IMG/VR virus record: IMGVR_UViG_3300017917_001839
Coordinates: 32,001 to 96,000 of that record
DNA from: a virus
DNA: 64,000 bases
Strand: one strand, 5' to 3'
Shown piece after piece: positions 61,001 to 64,000 of the stretch (its first letter is position 1; every line of letters begins with the position of its first letter). The notes under the pieces are model-generated. The model made no database searches, was not told where the DNA came from, and worked only from the letters and a program-made list of their open reading frames with translations. The translations under genes and the position numbers were made by a program.

Positions 61001-62189
61001 GTGTAAGTGACTGCTCTCTACCACGAGCATCTTCATAAGGTATTGCTACACTTATACTACGTGCATCTTCTGGCTGAATAGCATAACGAGTAGGATCGCT
61101 GGTTCTAAACCACATACGGAAAATGCCGTTTGGAATGTTACCAAAGTTTCCATCTGGATATTTGATTCTTACGCCACCATTGTTGATGTTTTCAACAGCA
61201 TATAGATTCTTAGTACCTAAACTGATACTGTTGTAGTTTAGTGTTTGACCAATAGTGTTTGGAATCTTTTCCCACTTGTTAAGTACTAAACCTTCAGTAT
61301 TAATTTCCTGTAAGTATACATCAGTTTCGTTGATGTTTGGAATTAACACATCTTCAGTTCTATTTTCAACTGGCGTTGTATAGTTAAAATCTCTAAAGTC
61401 TAGATTTCCTTGTTTAAACATAACAAAGAAACCAGTGTTATTACTGCTTAAGCCTTTACCGTCATTGCGATAAATCAAATTAAACAAATTTGTAGGATCA
61501 GGATGGCGTTCGTAGAAATATCCGTTGTCAATTAAGTCTGGATTAACTACGTTAAATGGTTTAGCAGAACCATTGATGTTTAATGTAAAGTTATACGCCA
61601 GTGGTGACCCAATGGGCGTATTCATTTGATACAGTTCAGATGAGATACCACCAACTGTTCCACGTTTAGAAGGAGACGAAAAACGATTTGAGCTGGTCAT
61701 TGCAGCATTTAGAATTGTAATAAACTGCTCGTAGCTTTGTGGGTTGTTGGCATCGTCCCAGTAAACTGTTCTATTGTTTAATGGGTTTCCTAAACTGTCA
61801 TTTAATGGCTGTGTGGTTCTAACGCTGGTTAGTTTCATCAAACCGCTAGCTGCAATGTTACGCTTTGGATTGTATCCAAGCATACGAGCTAGTTTGAAAA
61901 CACTGTCACGACGTTCAGCAGTTTCTAAGAAGTTTTCACGACTGTTTAAGTCCATACGGAATGCAAGACTTTGGCTTAGATATGCTAGCATTTCAATGAT
62001 AGCAATAAATTCGCTGCTTTCAATATAGTCGTTGAAATTCTCAGGGAAGTTAGCTTTTACATATTCAACTAAACTTGTTCTGATGCTGTCATAGTCATAG
62101 GCGCGAAAATTAATCTGGCTGTAGGCCTTGTATGCTACTTTCCAGTCTTCACTAGCAAATAAGTTATTTTGTCTGTTTACCAATGACAT
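58026..62189 (-). CDS. Baseplate wedge subunit (T4 gp6-like), 1387 aa
   Basis: YDYDSIR..FNDYIESSE..ENFLETAERRDSV..LARMLGY.P; DGNFG; RMVSAQDY; follows the gp25-like gene. Confidence 0.85.
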   Translation of the reverse strand: MSLVNRQNNLFASEDWKVAYKAYSQINFRAYDYDSIRTSLVEYVKANFPENFNDYIESSEFIAIIEMLAYLSQSLAFRMDLNSRENFLETAERRDSVFKLARMLGYNPKRNIAASGLMKLTSVRTTQPLNDSLGNPLNNRTVYWDDANNPQSYEQFITILNAAMTSSNRFSSPSKRGTVGGISSELYQMNTPIGSPLAYNFTLNINGSAKPFNVVNPDLIDNGYFYERHPDPTNLFNLIYRNDGKGLSSNNTGFFVMFKQGNLDFRDFNYTTPVENRTEDVLIPNINETDVYLQEINTEGLVLNKWEKIPNTIGQTLNYNSISLGTKNLYAVENINNGGVRIKYPDGNFGNIPNGIFRMWFRTSDPTRYAIQPEDARSISVAIPYEDARGREQSLTLTFRLERRVNNSLPPESLEAIKERAPQVYYAQNRMVSAQDYNVFPLSQSNNITKIKALNRTHAGHSRYIDINDPTGSFNNVDTFAKDAILYVEDRNSTKTIIVNDNNTAAEIVAGIIPQYLKEQRLNNFVYYGLRNLWTDFSSEKFKTTRLNVRWKPLPLSGKSKTGYMTETFSTSGETVVMTNNDPRTAMFKVNNFIKFVNSNNLEDYKWVRIVNVDYNGALTSGLTTSVGPWTLSEEVNDSWYAEEVIASLRKLFNNTEADSIRSAIRNKSTFGLGYNVSADYWYVIAGKDLNKTADYNVAYAENTSSQGLDSSWLLLFEYSPINNSSYRYNVTIRGEDYVVQSVSELKFYNIKNVKVVDSNNKSSSDLITFNTLNTKPGSAETIEWFRKNNITYWRNKENGSLYTPANFATNIPLRTRGTKWNDVEVNWKSNFGLFDPAPGSLNDIVNTSSGNRYVGEATVRLNTYFDDGTESSLTTNVTIANNSGQLSRIPSSIVIPFNNTTFGANILDANGNITYRLFNDAGTGLEIFHGNTTVYSYGENGSALNTGVTGRLYLANCNISAQTGNLIYSDLQDNIYHLSADSTGIVYKDQLILNYLNNKESLDKDIVWQVVDVYKYADGYTDPRKVVVAPYDTDSDLVPDRPLQFAEYVDADDLQLFEYYTDFDGYSYDKPVSGVILDYRYENSISVNFTGNIISPGSYVSNTTLSTVDWILVKNLSIVEQYLENNLGGAVGIKVYAVEEDACYLMTPSSTDLNIVRAIQTNDFFVKHGRGPTQNTTSLTQEQSIIRWQHVAPSDVRIDPSISNVVEMIVLTTSYYNEIIAYQAQPVGRAVPREPTSAELSIEFENLNEYKSASDSLVFRSAKFKPLFGQNADAEFQARFRVVKLSNQLSDNELKTRIIAAFNNYFDVTNWEFGETFYFTELSSYVHQQLGSAIGSIVILPKNSSGKFGDLFQVKAEPNELFLSTATVNDIEIVEKINSQTLRTDR

Positions 62190-62195
62190 TGTTGA

Positions 62196-62579
62196 TTATC
62201 CTATAGCATCTGTGGCAGAGATTGCCTGTCTAACGTATTCAAGATATAGTGCGTCCTGGTCGCCTGTTTCTACATACTGAATAGTTACTTCAATTCGTAA
62301 TGCTTGATCTGCATAAAACATAATTGTCTCTACATGTCTTACTCTAGGATCAGCATCTATAATTCTTTTTACATCTTCTTCAATTTCAGCTCTGGTTAGT
62401 GTATCTTCAGGATTCATTAATAGATCCCAAATACTGCTACCATAGTTTGGTCTCATCAATCTTTCTCCCTTGCGGGTATAGAAAGTATTGAGCAAATCAC
62501 GCTTAACAAGTTCCATATCCTCCAATGTATATGGAGCTCTAACCCTGTCAACTGTGCTGAAACCTTTAAATGTTACCAT
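62196..62579 (-). CDS. gp25: Baseplate protein, GPW/gp25 family
   Basis: DLLN.F.TRKGERLMRPNYGS..DPRV signature. Confidence 0.9.
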   Translation of the reverse strand: MVTFKGFSTVDRVRAPYTLEDMELVKRDLLNTFYTRKGERLMRPNYGSSIWDLLMNPEDTLTRAEIEEDVKRIIDADPRVRHVETIMFYADQALRIEVTIQYVETGDQDALYLEYVRQAISATDAIG

Positions 62580-62584
62580 AACAT

Positions 62585-62615
62585 TATTTATCTTAAAAGT
62601 TAAAACTCGTTTTAA
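62585..62615 (-). promoter_or_regulatory. Late promoter GATAAATA with upstream palindrome TTAAAACGAGTTTTAA
   Basis: GATAAATA at 62585-62592; palindrome with perfect 7-bp arms at 62600-62615. Confidence 0.65.
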
Positions 62616-62636
62616 TGATGCCTTAAAAACAGCCGG

Positions 62637-62665
62637 TTGACAGCCACCAAAACTTGTGCTATAAT
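62637..62665 (+). promoter_or_regulatory. Consensus sigma70 promoter
   Basis: TTGACA, 17 nt, TATAAT, with extended TG. Confidence 0.9.
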
Positions 62666-62693
62666 GTAATGTAAGCTGAAAAATAGGACCTAT

Positions 62694-63161
62694 ATGGACA
62701 TCTCAGTTTTTGGTACTAAAAATAAAAAATTAATCAACGAGCTGTGCGAAGCTTCGGAGTTTTTTGCACGTTGCTTGATGGATAAGCGCATGGTTGATAA
62801 CCTAGAGCTCGATATCGAGCTTGACTCTAAGCTAGATGTGCAAGGCACTGCCATCAATGAAGATGGCACTCGGCGCAGTAGATATTTTACAATTCAGTTA
62901 CGTAATGGTCGCGGAGATGATTTGATTCAAACTCTAGCACACGAAATGGTTCATGTTAAGCAACATGCTAAAAATGAACTTGTCAAGGACTACGGCACGG
63001 CACGTGGCGGCTATAAGTTAGAAAGTGTGTGGATGGGCAAAGTGTGGCGACCAAAAGCTGGAGAAGATTCTTATTTTGATTCTCCGTGGGAAGTTGAAGC
63101 ATATGGTCGCGAAGTTGGTCTAATGCATCGCTGGATCAAGCATAAAGAAAAATCAAAATAA
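62694..63161 (+). CDS. Zincin-like HEXXH metallopeptidase
   Basis: TLAHEMVHVKQ and PWEVEAY; RBS AGGA. Confidence 0.75.
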   Translation: MDISVFGTKNKKLINELCEASEFFARCLMDKRMVDNLELDIELDSKLDVQGTAINEDGTRRSRYFTIQLRNGRGDDLIQTLAHEMVHVKQHAKNELVKDYGTARGGYKLESVWMGKVWRPKAGEDSYFDSPWEVEAYGREVGLMHRWIKHKEKSK

Positions 63162-63166
63162 ACCGG

Positions 63167-63195
63167 TTGACATAACAACCCGGTTCAGTTATAGT
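63167..63195 (+). promoter_or_regulatory. Sigma70 promoter
   Basis: TTGACA, 17 nt, TATAGT. Confidence 0.8.
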
Positions 63196-63278
63196 AAGAA
63201 TGTAAGCAAGAAATTGCGTACATAGGCCGGTAACACTTGTTACCATTTTGTTTAACTTAAGTATGAGATATAAAGTTA

Positions 63279-63536
63279 ATGAATAAGATGATGCGTAAGT
63301 TTGAAGAAGTCTGCGAAAGTGCGGATCGGTTCAACTCAGAAAATCGCACTGAACGATTCTTTAAGCTGTTTGAACAGCGTAAGAAGTACGTTACAGTAGG
63401 ATTGTATGATAGTGTGACCAAGAAGCACGTTCTGTTTGACAGCATCAACCTAGTCGGTAATTTCCGTTACAACAGTAATGGTGTACCAGGTGAGCTGTTT
63501 GAAATGGAACGCATGATTACTTCTGCTTCTAAGTAA
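63279..63536 (+). CDS. Hypothetical protein, 85 aa
   Basis: ORF between a promoter and a terminator; no clear SD. Confidence 0.6.
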   Translation: MNKMMRKFEEVCESADRFNSENRTERFFKLFEQRKKYVTVGLYDSVTKKHVLFDSINLVGNFRYNSNGVPGELFEMERMITSASK

Positions 63537-63575
63537 TTAACTAGTTATAGTATGATAGTGTAGAAATAATGTATT

Positions 63576-63608
63576 AAAAAATATAGGGCCGAAAGGCCCT
63601 ATATTTTT
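63576..63608. terminator. Bidirectional Rho-independent terminator
   Basis: AAAAATATAGGGCC-gaaa-GGCCCTATATTTTT between convergent genes. Confidence 0.9.
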
Positions 63609-64000
63609 ATGAGAATCCAAATTCGTTTATCTTTTGACGAATATACTCTGCTCGCACATTTGCTAAATGCTGTGCTAATCGCAAGAAACCAACATCCCCG
63701 GGTTGTAGATTGTCTGGTGGTGCTGTATCTACTTCGTCGGGCGTTTGGAACAGTTCACCTTCATAAATTCTTCTAGCTTCTATGTCTTCTCTATAAACCA
63801 ACGGACCGTCTGTGCCAGCACCACTGATATCGGCACCTAGGTTCCAGGTTTTCATTAAGCGTGGAATTTCACTGTATTTGCCTTCGTTGAGTGCTGCAAG
63901 AACATTGCTGTTAGCAAAGTTTTCTGGCCCAATTGCTAGTGCAAAGCTAGACAGTGCTGCCGTTTGATTATCGTTTAGCGGAACCTTAATCATGTACTTA
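63607..64000 (-). CDS. C-terminal part of a GH24 phage-lysozyme-domain protein (possibly gp5-like tail lysozyme), 5'-truncated
   Basis: IKVPLNDNQ..ALSSF..IG..NF..S..L..LN.G.Y and RR..E..LF; frame open to the window edge. Confidence 0.75.
   Translation of the reverse strand, partial: KYMIKVPLNDNQTAALSSFALAIGPENFANSNVLAALNEGKYSEIPRLMKTWNLGADISGAGTDGPLVYREDIEARRIYEGELFQTPDEVDTAPPDNLQPGDVGFLRLAQHLANVRAEYIRQKINEFGFS

Noticed and set aside
34075-62189. Many N-x-S/T sequons in virion proteins, suggesting N-glycosylation
   Set aside because: A hand count in the 611-aa fibre gave about a dozen sequons, roughly what its Asn/Ser/Thr-rich composition predicts. No enrichment can be claimed without a proper test.
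1283-63448. Numerous short ORFs in the track that overlap long genes on the opposite strand or in another frame (e.g. 10364-10633, 33722-34021, 45935-46417, 63257-63448)
   Set aside because: They are shadows of well-supported genes, with no RBS or recognisable motifs. The real genes at 10339-10660 and 33763-33975 are on the minus strand.
1-64000. Stop-codon reassignment, as in some large phages
   Set aside because: Genes tile densely under the standard code, a 6778-aa ORF is uninterrupted, and TAA, TGA and TAG all occur as stops at gene junctions.
1-64000. CRISPR array, tRNA/rRNA genes, integrase, transposase, intron or intein
   Set aside because: Intergenic gaps are too short, and I recognised no repeat-spacer structure, cloverleaf or mobile-element motif. 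A small intein or structured RNA could have been missed by eye.

Overview
This window is part of a large (jumbo-type, T4-like/myovirus) bacteriophage genome using the standard genetic code. The host is probably Gram-negative, since the phage encodes two lipobox proteins and an outer-membrane beta-barrel. The right half (34075-64000, mostly minus strand) is a virion module: a truncated GH24 lysozyme domain, gp25-like and gp6-like baseplate proteins, a 6778-aa structural protein with YHYH and PA14 domains, and tail-fibre-like proteins. Directly downstream and co-oriented is a ~29.6-kb cluster of tightly overlapping tailoring-enzyme genes (4057-33673). It encodes nine radical SAM enzymes with an N-terminal twitch-type Fe-S domain, three GT-A glycosyltransferases, a 1358-aa protein of 13 tandem GT-like modules, a possible GT10-like transferase, a UDP-glucose/GDP-mannose dehydrogenase, a degenerate NeuB-like protein, a class II aldolase, two sulfotransferase-like proteins, two SGNH proteins, a NodU/CmcH carbamoyltransferase with two small ORFs missed by the ORF track, and a methyltransferase. 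The cluster and the virion genes share a T4-late-like (G/A)ATAAATA element. My best inference is a phage-encoded pathway that builds a heavily modified glycan, most likely for the virion; this is not proven. Plus-strand islands with sigma70 promoters encode a cyclic-phosphate receiver-domain protein, a lipidated FG-GAP autotransporter and an HEXXH peptidase. All family calls come from reading motifs by eye; no searches were run.
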